A stretch of 64,000 nucleotides of DNA from Octopus vulgaris (lineage: Eukaryota): positions 41,788,001 to 41,852,000 of the forward strand of contig OX597820.1 of the NCBI GenBank assembly GCA_951406725.2, written 5' to 3'. This document shows, piece by piece, positions 42,745 through 56,184 of the stretch; positions within the stretch are counted from its first letter, which is position 1; the number at the start of each line of letters is the position of its first letter. The position numbers and the translations under genes are program-made. The notes below the pieces were generated by a model. It searched no databases, was not told the DNA's origin, and saw only the letters and a list, made by a program, of their open reading frames with translations.

Positions 42745-43643
42745 AGAGAGAGAGCTGTCTTTCAATTCTATAGTGCTCTTGTACTTTGTTGCTTTCCCTC
42801 TAATATATCTCTGCTTACACACTCTCTATACATTTATATTTACTATGTCATTGCCAATCTCTTTCGCTCTCTCTCTCTATTTATCTATCGATATCTTTCT
42901 TTCAATGGTATCTCTGTTCTGTCTTCCACTACCCTCTCTTACATTTTCGACTTCCCCCGCACCATGCAGAAACATCAGTACAAATTACTGAGCTAAAGTC
43001 TGACTGACATACAAATTAACAAGACAGGCGAGCCACGCACATAGACAAACGAATAAGCTTCAAGAGAGCGTGACGTGGCTTCTAGTCCGACAGAGAAACA
43101 CTGCAAGATACAGAAAAACTTTAGAAGCTTGCCAAGCCGATGCAATTACTGAACGAATCCTAACCAGTGACGTTCTTTGCTTAATAAGACCTTCACCATT
43201 TTTATTTCCCAAAGGCCAAACTTTAATCGTGTGTCTCCATTTTATACACAACACACAGACACAACACAAAAACATACAATAAAATGCAAACAACAAAAGC
43301 ACACAGAGAATTGAAACTCTTATTTAATTGTTATATTTCGTCTTTTTTGTCTTTTCTCTTTCTTTCATTTTTGGTTCTCTTTTATGTATTTTTTTTTTCA
43401 TCTGTATTCATCTGAAGGATTGCCTACCACTGAAAGAGTATTTAATAATTACTTCATCTATTTGTGCTCATGTTCGAAGTTTGCTGGCTTTACAAAAGAT
43501 ATTTTTAAAAAAGTCTTCTAAAAACAAGGAAGATCCTCGTATATTTGTACAAACTTCCATATACAAGTGATCGGACGACCTAGTAACACGTACACCACTG
43601 AATACATAAACTTAATGCATGCGTACAGATACGCCGATATATG

Positions 43644-43752
<109 letters not shown>

Positions 43753-44534
43753 ATATATATAAATATATACATGCATGTATATGAGTGTCCATCTATATGC
43801 ATCCAGGTTTAACTACATATCCATGTATGCGCCCATACCTATGCATAATTACTTATATAAGTATATATATATATATATATATATATATGAGTATGTGTGT
43901 GTGTATGTGCATTCACACACACGCACACACATACACACAGACACACACACATACATACACGCACAAGTAGACAAACACACAGACCTGTTGACAAATAGAG
44001 ATATACGTGCAACGGCCACAAAGGGGCATAAGTTAATATATGCGTCTAAATGCAGGAATTAAGGAGGGATTTTCCTTTGTCAATATTTACTATTGGTCCA
44101 ATAAGTACACATGCATACACAGAACTGCATGATGGAATCCTAAGTCCGAAAGAATAAAGGATTTGATTAACAACTCATTGCTACCGAGTTCATATACTTG
44201 GCATATATTCATTCGTGTCTGGTGTCAAGCCTAGAAAATTTCAAACTACCTGATATTAAGTCACTCGGAAAAAGCTCAACGAATTGTCGGTGAAAGTAAC
44301 TTTGATAGATGAGACGGTTGCACACTTAAAAAATAGGCTTGTATTCCTTATTCTTAGATCTACTGTAGATAGCTGAAATAATCAAGATAAATTCGTACAG
44401 GTACGTAGGTTCGTATGTATGCATCTATTCACCTGTCTACCTTTATTGGTACGTATATATACATGTGTGACTACACCTTTGTGTTTTTGCATTGCTACGT
44501 ATGTGAGCGGATTTGTGAGTGTGTATGTATGTAC

Positions 44535-44567
<33 letters not shown>

Positions 44568-45531
44568 CGTGCACACACACACACCTACCGACACGCGTAC
44601 ACATATACAAGCCTAATTATATAGGGTAAAGTGTATGCTTATCAAACATAGGTAATATATGTACTTTTAGATGAAATTTATCCACAGTCACTCTGTGCCA
44701 GTAGTTGGTAGGTAAAAAATACCCACCGTCACCGCATGTACTGATATGGATATTTATTCAATTATTTTCGTCATAATTACATTCGTCATAGCCAGGGAAG
44801 CCAGCACTCCTGATTAGTCGAAAGTGACTAGGCGAATGTCATCGAAAGGTTATGCCGTTTGATCCGTGTTCAAATCCTCTGCATGGACTCTTGAACAATT
44901 GTTATTTAGGAAGACTTTGCGTCCACCGAAGCTCTATGGAAGAAAATAAGTGATAACACACTAATTCTGCCTCAGGATTATTTTAAGTGAACGTGTGTTT
45001 GCGTCAACTGAGGCACTTAATACTTAACACGCAAATTCAATAAACTAAATATTCATTATTTAAATAAGATAATTCATGTATTTTCTGTTTGTGCAAAATA
45101 CACAGACACACACAAACACAGACACAAACACACACACACAAGCACTTACACAAACACTCACATATATATATCTGTCTGTCTGTCTCTTACGTTGTTTCTA
45201 TCCATATAGATGTGAAAATTAGTAATTTATTGCTAAAAAATGCTCTTTGCCTGCAGACCATCTATGTTATTGCTGTTGATACCATCAACTTGAAATTTTA
45301 TCCACAGATGATATTAACTGTTGTGACATCTTATTTCAAATCTTAGTGCTTGAAAGTTTTGCTAATATATTTATATATATATATATACATATATATATGT
45401 GTGTGTGTGTGTGTATGTTTGTATGTGTGTGTGTATACATGTATACATATGTATGTATGCGTGTATGTACCCCCCCACACACACATATATATACAAATAC
45501 ATATATAATGCGCATATATGTGCATATTCCT

Positions 45532-45566
<35 letters not shown>

Positions 45567-46678
45567 CAGTTTCTTCATCGTTAAGTGTTTGCTGTTGCTC
45601 ATCAGTTGTCTAATCAATCCTTATATGTGTGTTTCTGCAAGAGTATGTTTTATATATACATACATGTATATGTGCGTGTGTAAGTGTGTGTATATATACA
45701 CGCACACATATATATATATATACACACTCTTATACATATGAATATATGCATGTAAAAAGAAATATGTAATCAATATGCATATGTGTACATTGACATACAT
45801 AAGTGCGTGTGACTGTGTGTCCATACATGTATGTATGCATGTTAGTGTACACATATGTATATTTGCAATTATGGAGATGATTGCATGCATGATCTGTATG
45901 TCTTTACTTAATCATGTTTAAGCATACACATGTTTGCATGTCTATTAACTACGTACATGCAGACATTGCATGCCAGACTTCATAGCGCTGTAATTTCCTA
46001 ATTACTCGTGTCCTTTCTGGTTTTGTAAATTTTAGCTTCTCAAGGTTGAGCATGAAACAACTGGTTACAAATACGTGAGCCTAATAATTAGAATGATAAA
46101 TCTAAAACTATACACAACTTGTGAAGTGTGGGAATTTTTTCATTAGTTCTCTATGTAGGTTTTAGTTTCCACTAAATTTATAAAATTATGTTAACATTTC
46201 CTGTGCATTGATTTCTACTAACGTGCGAAATTTTTTGTTATCTTAGAACAGTATATATGTTCTGCTCATCTTTCTCTAAGATATACGCTACCATTTTATT
46301 TTTCATCATATTGTAAGAAATTTTGTCCTTCACATCATTGTAAATTTTTATACGCATAGCTTCAGAACACTCTTTCATTAAGATAGCTGTGTACAATCAT
46401 CTAATCATTACGTAATGATTTGATACATTGTATCGGGGTGCCGTTTGAGGATATCAATTTAAGATCCGTGTGAAATATTTAGAGTTAATTCCCCAGCTAT
46501 CTGCATTCGTCGTCGAATTATGTTTATCCTCATGTCTTTTGTGTATTAAGAAATCCTTGCTTTTGTCTTAACCTTCACTTGTAAAAATATAACCTTCAAT
46601 ATATGTATGCGCTGTAGGGATATTCACACACTAATCATGCAATTATAAATACCCACACCTACACCTACACATGCATAT

Positions 46679-46757
<79 letters not shown>

Positions 46758-46788
46758 TTGTGTGTGTATATGTATGTATATATGTATG

Positions 46789-46864
<76 letters not shown>

Positions 46865-47383
46865 GAGAGGGGAGCGAAGTGAGAAGGAGATTTACTTGAT
46901 AGAGAATGGATAAATTCTAGGGCGTAAAATAATCTGAAGTAATTTTAAGAAATCCTAAATTTAATCACTGCTGGAGAAAGTGTGTTGAAATACAAAATTA
47001 GAGATAATTTTGATAGCTATGAAATGATTAAGAAGGCAAGCTTCAGATTACCGAAATTGTGTTACAGCTCCAAGTGAGTGTATCAGAAACAAGTGGGAAA
47101 TGAAATTAGACTGACGGAGAAACCATGTGAAAGAATGGTATCAAACTGAACTGCTTGCAAGGCTCCTTCCATTTCCCCTGATCATAAACCTAATACACTA
47201 TGTCCACTTACGTTTTAAGTTGTCATTTTTGTAACTCAAAATATATTTAAATTTCGACAAATATGAAAAAAATGCGTATTGCGAGATGAGTGCATGAATA
47301 GATAGATTCTCACATAGCCAAATAAACATATAAACATAGAGTAATAAATACATAGAAATATGTTCAAACATATACAAACACAC

Positions 47384-47467
<84 letters not shown>

Positions 47468-47676
47468 TTTCGTGTGAGTGAAAACCTAACGTTTCATTGT
47501 TTGCATTTTTCTCAATTTAACCTTTTTACAATATTGTATATAAAGATAAGACAAGTACTTTAATCTTTTCCGCAATCTTCAGGTTTACAAAGTGGTAGTT
47601 TTGACCAACAGTTATGTTTAGGAACTGATAACTGTCCGAATGTAGGGGGATATCTGTGCTCGTGTGTGTCTGACAT

Positions 47677-47710
<34 letters not shown>

Positions 47711-48361
47711 GGAGAGAGGGAGGGAGAGGGAGAGAGAGGGAGAGAGAGAAGAGATGGTGTAATTTTAGAATATCATTAGAATGAAATCCCCCCTTGAGGA
47801 GATCTGCACGATTGCGAATTCAAATGAAAAATCTGGGATTATATGGGGTTCATTTAAAGTCAGGTGTATAAAGGTGAACAGGATGTGATATACTTGAGGA
47901 GGCGAGTGATAATGTTTTGAGGTATGTTTTATATGGTTTCATATTGTAGCTACAGCAAAAGTAAATTTTAATATTTTCGTCATTAAAATTTATAAGATAT
48001 GGTTAGACAAATCACTTTATATATGTTGCTTGTCGTTTGATCAAGAAATTAGATTTAAGCCTAAATAAAGTTAAAAGTATTGTAAATATTTTAATATTTA
48101 TCAGGGCTGAAAGTTGCACCAATTTATGATTACTACAGTGATGAGATCACTTGTAGGGAAAAAATAATACAAAGAAACGAAAAGAAATTATAAACACAAT
48201 GTATTATTTTTTTTGCTAATGGCATGTTTATTTTGAAGACTATTTGAATTTGCGATTTCTTCCATTTCAAGTGGACCTCGTTTTGATTGTCATTTAGTCA
48301 TCATGATTCAACCACAAAATGCGGAGATAATTTGAATATATATGTGTATGTATGTATGTAG

Positions 48362-48475
48362 GTATATATATACATACCTACATATATATATATATACCTA
48401 AATGCCTATATATATATATATATATATATAGGCATTTAGGTATATATATATATATGTAGGTATGTATATATATAC
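48362..48475. repeat. Perfect 114-bp palindrome centred on (TA)12
   Basis: gtatatatatacatacctacatatatatatatatacctaaatgcc-(TA)12-ggcatttaggtatatatatatatatgtaggtatgtatatatatac. Confidence 0.92.
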
Positions 48476-48513
48476 GCATGTAGATATATATATATTACAT
48501 ATATGTAAATATA

Positions 48514-48548
<35 letters not shown>

Positions 48549-49198
48549 ATATTGATTTGTGTGTGTGAGTGTATGGATGTATGTGTGTGAGTGTGTGTGT
48601 ATGTGTATATATGCATACACGGATATATATATATATGAACATAAAAATGACGACTAGAAAAAAAATGAGCTGGAAAAAAAAGTAATGCTGGAATTTAGAA
48701 GGTGCAAATTGTTAGGAATGGATACAGAGCAGGTTAGAGAAATAGAGATGGAATAGAGTTAAAGGGAGAGAGAGGTGGGATAGAGACAGAATGTACAATA
48801 ACTAAAGAGACAGTATAAACTACGCAAAGAAAATAACAAATAGTAAAAATGATGAGCAAAAACTGCTCATTTTGCTAGCTTGCTGGTGTATTGGTTTGTG
48901 CGTGCGTGCGTGTGTGTGTGTTTCTTGATTACATGCATGTGCTTTTTGTATGGTGTGGTATCTAGGATGGTGTTAGGCAACACCTATGTGTGAATATAGT
49001 GACAATACTGTTTAGCCATGCATTCCTAATCCCTGCTCTTAGAATTTGACAAGATCGTCATCAACTAAATCCCACATTCTGGACTACGACAATATCTTAA
49101 TGAATGCGGATTAGTCTTAACAGCCCACCTAATAAACACTGGCATCGCTATCGGATGAAGCCAGATTGCTTAGCCCTGTGTGTTGTTCACAGAGAGCA

Positions 49199-49234
<36 letters not shown>

Positions 49235-49411
49235 GGAGAGGTGTATGACGGGGAGAATGAGTGGGGGAGGTGAAAAGAAAGTGAAACAGAAGTGTGTAAT
49301 GGAATATAAAGGTTAGGAGGAAGAGAACAAATAAACAAAATACATTGAATAGCAGAGAGATGGTGAATTAGATGTGAAATCTAGGAAGATGAAAGTAAGA
49401 GCAAATGAAGT

Positions 49412-49478
<67 letters not shown>

Positions 49479-49958
49479 TGGCTGTGATAAAATGCGAAAA
49501 ATTAGAGAAACGGTAGATGTGGACTAGTCAGGAAGAGAAATGACAAAGGGAGAGGACGCGAATGAAATGCAGGAAGGAAAGGAAGAGAAAGAAAATTTTG
49601 ATAGATGAGATGTAATAGTGAGGATATTTAAGTCAAACTGAGGCGGGTGGGGATTTGTCAAGACAGTGTTGAATGTGAATAAAGCAAGGAGAGGGACAGA
49701 TGTAAAATGAATGACGGAATGAAGACTGGGATGATGGGGTTGAGGAGAAGGTGTAAAATAGTGGAAACGACACGATCTAGAGATACTCCCCTATCATCCT
49801 CATAAGCGCCTGGATAACATGGAATACATGTGGAAACATGTTACTTGCGTGTTCTTCAGTATAATGAATGAATATATGTCTGCTTGTGTGCTTGTTTGTT
49901 AGTTTGAGTGCAAGTGTGAGAGAAAGAAAGAAAGAAAGAGTGAGAGAGAGAGAGAGAG

Positions 49959-50009
<51 letters not shown>

Positions 50010-50204
50010 GCCTCTGTTTATTTAAACTGATCTGGTGATCTGTCATTCTGGTGTTTACTCGTTGTGTTGCCATTCCCGTCCCAAGAACACCCAACATGTC
50101 AGGGTTAATTCCAGAGGTGCAAGAAACTAGATCAGATTAAATAAACTACTACACACTACTATTGTATTAACTACTTTTTCTAGCGTACATTAAAAACGAA
50201 TGTA

Positions 50205-50505
50205 TGTGTTTTCTACTATAGCCCCGGGCCAACCAAAGCTTTGTGAGTGGATGTAGCAGACGGATACTGAAAGAAGCCTGTCGTGTATATACACATATAT
50301 ATTTGTGTGTCTGTGTTTGTCCCCACACAATCACTTGAAAACCGATGTTGGTGTGTTTACATCCCCGCAACGATGCGGCAAAAAAGACCGATAGAATAAG
50401 TACTAGGCTTACAAAGAATAAGTCCTGGGGGTCGATTTGTTCGAATAAAGGCGGTGCTCCAGCATGGCCGCAGTTAAATGACTGAAACGATTGAAAGAAT
50501 AGAAG
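50205..50505 (+). mobile_element. SINE family A, 5'-truncated
   Basis: ttctactatagccccgggccaaccaaagctttgtgagtgg...gatagaataagtactaggcttacaaagaataagtcctggg...gactgaaac. Confidence 0.85.
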
Positions 50506-50710
50506 AATACCTATGTGTATAGATATCTGTGTGCATGAGAGTATGTGAAAGATATTGTGAAGTGATGCGGAGATGGCCACAGTTCACAGGCACAAGTTAT
50601 AGAAATGGCACAAAAATCCTTGTGTGTTTAAGGTTTGTAATATATGTATGTGCCTGTATATGTATGTATATGCATATAAATATATGTATATATATATGCA
50701 TGTGTATATG

Positions 50711-50761
<51 letters not shown>

Positions 50762-50965
50762 GAATATGTATGTATATAAGTAAACTCGACAATGAGGATG
50801 ATAGATTTTCTTGTTTTTCATGCCAAAGTAATTTCTCGCTTAAGGATCTCGAAATATGACATTGATACGCATTCCCGATGCCTCTAAACCAAATACCAAT
50901 AAGACGATCTGAAGCATCTTCAGAACGCTACGAAAAGCAATGCCCTAAATAGTTGCCGAACAAAT

Positions 50966-51593
50966 CACAAACAATTTGTGTCTCATTGCCGCAAAAACCA
51001 CCCAAGCTAAAATTAATGAAACATAATATAATTCAAACACAGACATCGAACTTGCTATAAATAGAATACAAGAGCTGAAGAAATCAAACTATTAACATTA
51101 AAAATAACCAATAAAAACTAGTGAAATAAGAGACAAGCCCGGAAATAATGAGATATCCTTCAGATGCCACTGCAGTTATATTCAAAATAGGATAGAGTAT
51201 CGTTATTTGCACGCCATGTGCCGCCAGAGGTTTTCAAACGTCTTAATTGCTCTTACTAACGAATATCATGTATTTCGCTAACAAAAATTAATAACAAAAC
51301 GTTTTGCAGAACATTCAAGACCGAAACTTTACGTATAGATGACAGATGTCTATAGAGTCATCTAAAGTGGACATGGGAAAGACACGTTCGCAATGCACGA
51401 TACTGCGAAGGAACAGCAGCAATCTGCAACAGAAATGCACTAACAACATTTTTTTCCCAATTAGACGGAAGGATAGAGCAATAGTTGACCTGTATTCAAA
51501 AAGCACAAACAATTTGTGTCTCATTGCCGCAAAAACCACCCAAGCTAAAATTAATGAAACATAATATAATTCAAACATCAGACATCGAACTTG
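50966..51593. repeat. Dispersed direct repeat, ~89 bp at 50966-51054 and 51504-51593
   Basis: cacaaacaatttgtgtctcattgccgcaaaaaccacccaagctaaaattaatgaaacataatataattcaaaca(t)cagacatcgaacttg; identical except one indel. Confidence 0.92.
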
Positions 51594-52001
51594 GTACAAA
51601 TTGCATGTGTAAGTATCAAGGATCTTTTAAAATTAACAGTAATAAAATTACTTAAGTAACCTTACCACATGAAACCCAACTGAAATTACTGAAAGCAATA
51701 TACTTGAAGGCAGATGTAACCGGTACATCGCATAAAAAATATGTATTCTCTCCTTCTAGTTGGATGGGAAGTATCTACGATAAAGTTACATACTGTGACG
51801 AAAGAATATTAAAAATATCTTAATGAATCAATTAATCTATTTGTGAACTAACAAATTATCTAACTGGGATAATTTCTTCCTTTCTTCCCACAAATTTTGA
51901 AGTAGGTTACACATTTATATGCGCATATGTATGTCTTTGTATGTGTGTGTGTTTGTGCGTGTGTATGTTTGTGCGTATGTGTGTTTTTTTTACGCTCGCG
52001 C

Positions 52002-52434
52002 ATGTATGTTTTTATATCCCTTTCCATTTGTGCGGCACACATCATACATCGAGACGTCTCTCATTGATAGGAACAAACTCCCAGAAGCTGCAAAATAAAT
52101 CTTCTCATTCGAGAGATCGAGTCGGAAAGTATAGGCGCGGAAGCAAATTTTATTTCTGTCCTCGAAAAATGCAGTAAAGCAGCGCTTGCTTACTTTAATC
52201 TCTATTTGATATATGTCTGACGAATAGTATTGACACGGATGCATCTAACACACACGACTGTGCAGACACATTTCGAGTGAGAAAGAGAGAGAGAGAGGGT
52301 GGGAGGGAAATGGAGAGAGGGTGATGATGTATGTTTTTATATCCCTTTCCATTTGTGCGGCACACATCATACATCGAGACGTCTCTCATTGATAGTGAAC
52401 AAACTCCCAGAAGCTGCAAAATAAATCTTCTCAT
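52002..52434. repeat. Dispersed direct repeat, ~107 bp at 52002-52108 and 52327-52434
   Basis: atgtatgtttttatatccctttccatttgtgcggcacac...ccagaagctgcaaaataaatcttctcat; identical except one indel. Confidence 0.92.
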
Positions 52435-53648
52435 ACAGAAAGGCAGAGAGGGGAAGGGAAGAGAATGTGTCTATGTCCCTAAATTCATGAGACACAAAAT
52501 TTTTGACTTAAACTTATATGCTGGCTTAAATGAAACCAAGCTTTTATTTTCAAATTCATTAAAAAAATATTTCCTTCCATGTGCTTACCCTTATTCTATT
52601 TAATAATGGAACAAATAGATAAATAAAATATAAATTTCAAAAATCATTTATTATATCGGCTGAGAAAATAAACGAGGAATATAAAGAGCTTTGTGAATAT
52701 TTGAATAACTATTAAACAGAGATTGTATCTCAGACGAATGAGAAATGGAATAAAGTATTTTTGACGTCAGAACGTTCATTAATAATATTATTTATGTGCA
52801 AAATGATGAAGATGTTTTCGACAGTAAAAGCTGGAGTAAATAATTTGAAGTATTATGTTTTAGATTTCTGGCTTTAAGTCTAGCATCAATAGACATTTTC
52901 TTTACTTTCAATAATATAGTTACTAGTAACGTACAAATGTGGAATGGTAACCAATTTTAATGCTCCTACGTGAACCTTTTATTATACATGCGTAAACATT
53001 TATTTGTGTCCTTATTTCCAGTGTATATTTTTAAAAAAAATTCTATTAACATGATGATCTTACTTTGTAGTGTCATCACCAACAGTTAATAGTGGTATCA
53101 GTGTTAACCTATGTGGATAATACAGCTAAGGGGTGAAACTTGTACACCAATCGTGTTGACTTCATGGAATTAATCTAAAGGAAAATAATAAAAGCGCTAA
53201 ATATATTTAAATTCTATCCTTAATTTTCTTATTTATTTCCAAAACATTATGCCTAAATGAAAGGATATATGTATCACTTGCTATCTACTTCTCTTTGTTT
53301 GATATTTTCTTAGGCGATACGGCCTGATAATGTAACAAAGCTTCAATCACAAGTTCATTTCATTAACAGATTAAAATACTTGTATGTCTAATATTGGGGA
53401 AATGTCCCAGTCATGACTACTGCATGAAAGAACACATAGATAAGTGGAATTTAACATAATGTATTGAGGCTTTTAACCAAATGTTAAAATATTTAAAGAT
53501 TTATCTCAAGTAAAGAGAAAGATTATAAACTTTGATTAATAAAAGAGATCAAGAACATCAAGGCAGACATTCTTGCCATTGAAATCTATTAATTAGTCTG
53601 AATGAGATACTCACTAATGGGTGAATCGTATATTTAGAAGATACGGAT

Positions 53649-53691
53649 TCTCAGAATATGTTTCGGTTTTGCTTCGCTTCTTCAGCTGAGA
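53649..53691 (-). other. Decayed minimal type-I hammerhead-ribozyme-like motif
   Basis: Minus strand TCTCAG-CTGAAGA-agcgaagcaaaacc-GAAA-CATATT-CTGAGA: perfect 6-bp stem I and canonical core, with stems II and III degenerate. Confidence 0.4.
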
Positions 53692-53914
53692 GCAATTTAA
53701 CTAGTACTACCACAAGTTCTGTGAAAAAACGTTTAAAGTGAAAAACTTTAACGATTTTCTTCTATTTAATCATTGCTTACTGTCTGCGGCTTACAATACT
53801 AAATTTTTCAAGATAGAAAGTGTAAAAAGAAAAGAATTTTTGAAAGTTACGCTTGCAACATATATCAGAACCATTAACCATTTCAAAAAAAAAGAAGAAA
53901 AAGAAAGAAAAGAA

Positions 53915-54395
53915 GGTCTATCTGAATCTGCTGGAGACTATGGTTAATACGTGACTGGAGATGGTTACTCCCGAAAGGCCATATGTGTGGCAGCAGGACT
54001 TGTCTTCTTCCCATACCTCCGGAAAGGGTCAGAGGTTATTATGAGAAAATTTTTACATCACTAGCCCCCTAACTTTGCAGCTTACAATCCATAAGCTTAC
54101 CAACTGTGGGTCACAGTTGACAAGGCCACCAAACACTCTGCCTGCAACTCCAAGACCGATCAGCTGGCCAAGATCTCGAGTTGTTCGAAGATCGTCCAAG
54201 GCGCACAGCGAGGAAGGCGTGCACCTGGTTTCTGAAGCACCTTGAGGCCATTGTGGTAGCTGAGGGCTGCAAGTATGAGTAAACTGCTTTCTCCCTGCCC
54301 TGCCAAAACCTAGCTGACAATTTTTTGTTATTTTGAAATACTATAATTTTTAGATTCAACGTAATTATCAGTTCAAATATGTTTGGGGCACACTC
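53915..54395 (+). mobile_element. Decayed maT (DD37D)-type transposase 3' half, copy 2, probably with right end
   Basis: YLNLLETMVNT*LEMVTPERPYVWQQDLSSSHTSGKGQRLL*EN...VDKATKHSACNSK...RKACTWFLKHLEAIVVAEGCKYE*. Colinear with 39330-39725 (shared ctgctggagac and catacctccggaaag). Confidence 0.82.
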
Positions 54396-54679
54396 AAACC
54401 CGTAAGAAAGCCATTCACTGTGTTGGGCCATGATGAAAATTTCTCCATTAGAAAGCATAGTGAATGGCGTTTTTACGGGTTCGAATACGTCCCAATCATA
54501 TTTGAACTGGTAATAATCTTCTATTTATAAACATCGTTGTTTAGCGCTGCCACCCATAAGTTATTTTTGGATAGGATATCATATTTTCTTTTCTTTTTCT
54601 AGTCAAATTAACCCGAACGATCTGTATGTATATATATGTATACGTATGTGTATGTGTGGTGTGCACGTATGCATGACTA

Positions 54680-54835
54680 CATACGACGGGCGTCTATCAG
54701 TTTCCTTCTACCAACGCTACTCACAAAGCTGTGACCTGCCCGGAGTAATAGTAGAAAACATGTGCTCATTGTGCCGCGCTGTGGACTGAACACCGAACCC
54801 TGAGTTGGCAAGCAAACTTCCTGTCACATACCCAC
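54680..54835 (-). mobile_element. SINE family A, 5' half
   Basis: tacgacgggcgtctatcagtttccttctaccaa...gtggactgaacacc...ttggcaagcaaacttc is the reverse complement of the head and CORE-like region. Confidence 0.75.
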
Positions 54836-54997
54836 ACTTCCTATTAGATAGCCATACACGCCTCTTCCATACGTATAGATATATATGTAATTCAAAGTCT
54901 GAGTTGGCAAGCAAACTTCCTGTCACATACCCACACTTCCTATTAGATAGCCACACACGCCTCTTCCATGCGTATAGATATATATGTAATTCAAAGT
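54800..54997. repeat. Tandem duplication, 2 x 99 bp
   Basis: ctgagttggcaagc...gtaattcaaagt occurs twice with two substitutions. Confidence 0.93.
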
Positions 54998-55264
54998 CTG
55001 ACGTAATCCTTGCAGGTCATTAGGCCGGAGACTTTCTTAGGCATATACATGACTGAGAGAGAAGCTACAACCTTAGCGTGATGCCTGTCCTCTGCAAGTA
55101 TTACCCTCATTTAGAACGGGAAATCACTTCAGCAGTATTGCCTATAACACCTTGGAATATGCCTCGTTTAAGGATACATCAGTACTCATGTGTATGCGTT
55201 TGTCTGTATGATTATGTGAATGCGTTTGTATCCATGTTTATATGTGTGTAGGTATGTATGTGCA

Positions 55265-55356
<92 letters not shown>

Positions 55357-56132
55357 AATCTATATTCATACGCACATACATACATAAACACACGCACATA
55401 TATACAGATACCCACTGAAGTACGCATACATATCAAAGCATATAGCATTTTGTTTTCCGTGCACAAACATTGTGGAACTTAAAACTGAAAATATTCAGTT
55501 ACTTTAAGACATATGGACACCAAGAAAAGTAATCATCTCAAGCAATACACATATAACCGTAGACATATGCACACATAAGTATATATAAATGCATCTTTGT
55601 TTTATGCGTGTGTGTGTGAGTGTAAATGTGTATGTGTGTTTATCTGTAAGTGTGTGTATTAGAACATGTGTTGGCGTGAGAGGCATATATGGTGATGTGT
55701 GAAAGAGTGCACATATATATGTTTGTGTGCGCACTCGCCACTACGTGTGTTCGACTGCGTTTGCATATGTGCATGTATGAATCTAAAATCACATGTGTAT
55801 GTTTATATCTGTGTTTGTATACGCGTATGAGTGAGAACGAATTTAAAATATTTTCTTTCCCAGTCTAAGAAAAGGTTACTCAAATGCGCACAGATGTACA
55901 GCGACTTAGCAGGCTTATGATTCAAAAAAAGATTAGCAGAGATTAATGGAACCACTCTACATGATACAACTCTTTACTTATTGATAATACGACTCAGTCC
56001 CTTTCTCTCAATATTTGAGCATATGCTAGCGTTGTTATATTTCTGACATATTCGGAGTTTGCGTGTGTATGTAAATATATATATGTGTGCATGCATCAAT
56101 GAATATAGAAATTTTTCAATGTTTTACATACG

Positions 56133-56184
<52 letters not shown>

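Noticed and set aside
48846-48875. ATGATGA plus small hairpin as a C/D snoRNA
   Set aside because: No suitably placed D box (CTGA) or terminal stem.
50966-54997. Spaced direct repeats as a CRISPR-like array
   Set aside because: Three unrelated repeat pairs of 89-107 bp in eukaryotic DNA, with no regular repeat-spacer period and no cas genes.
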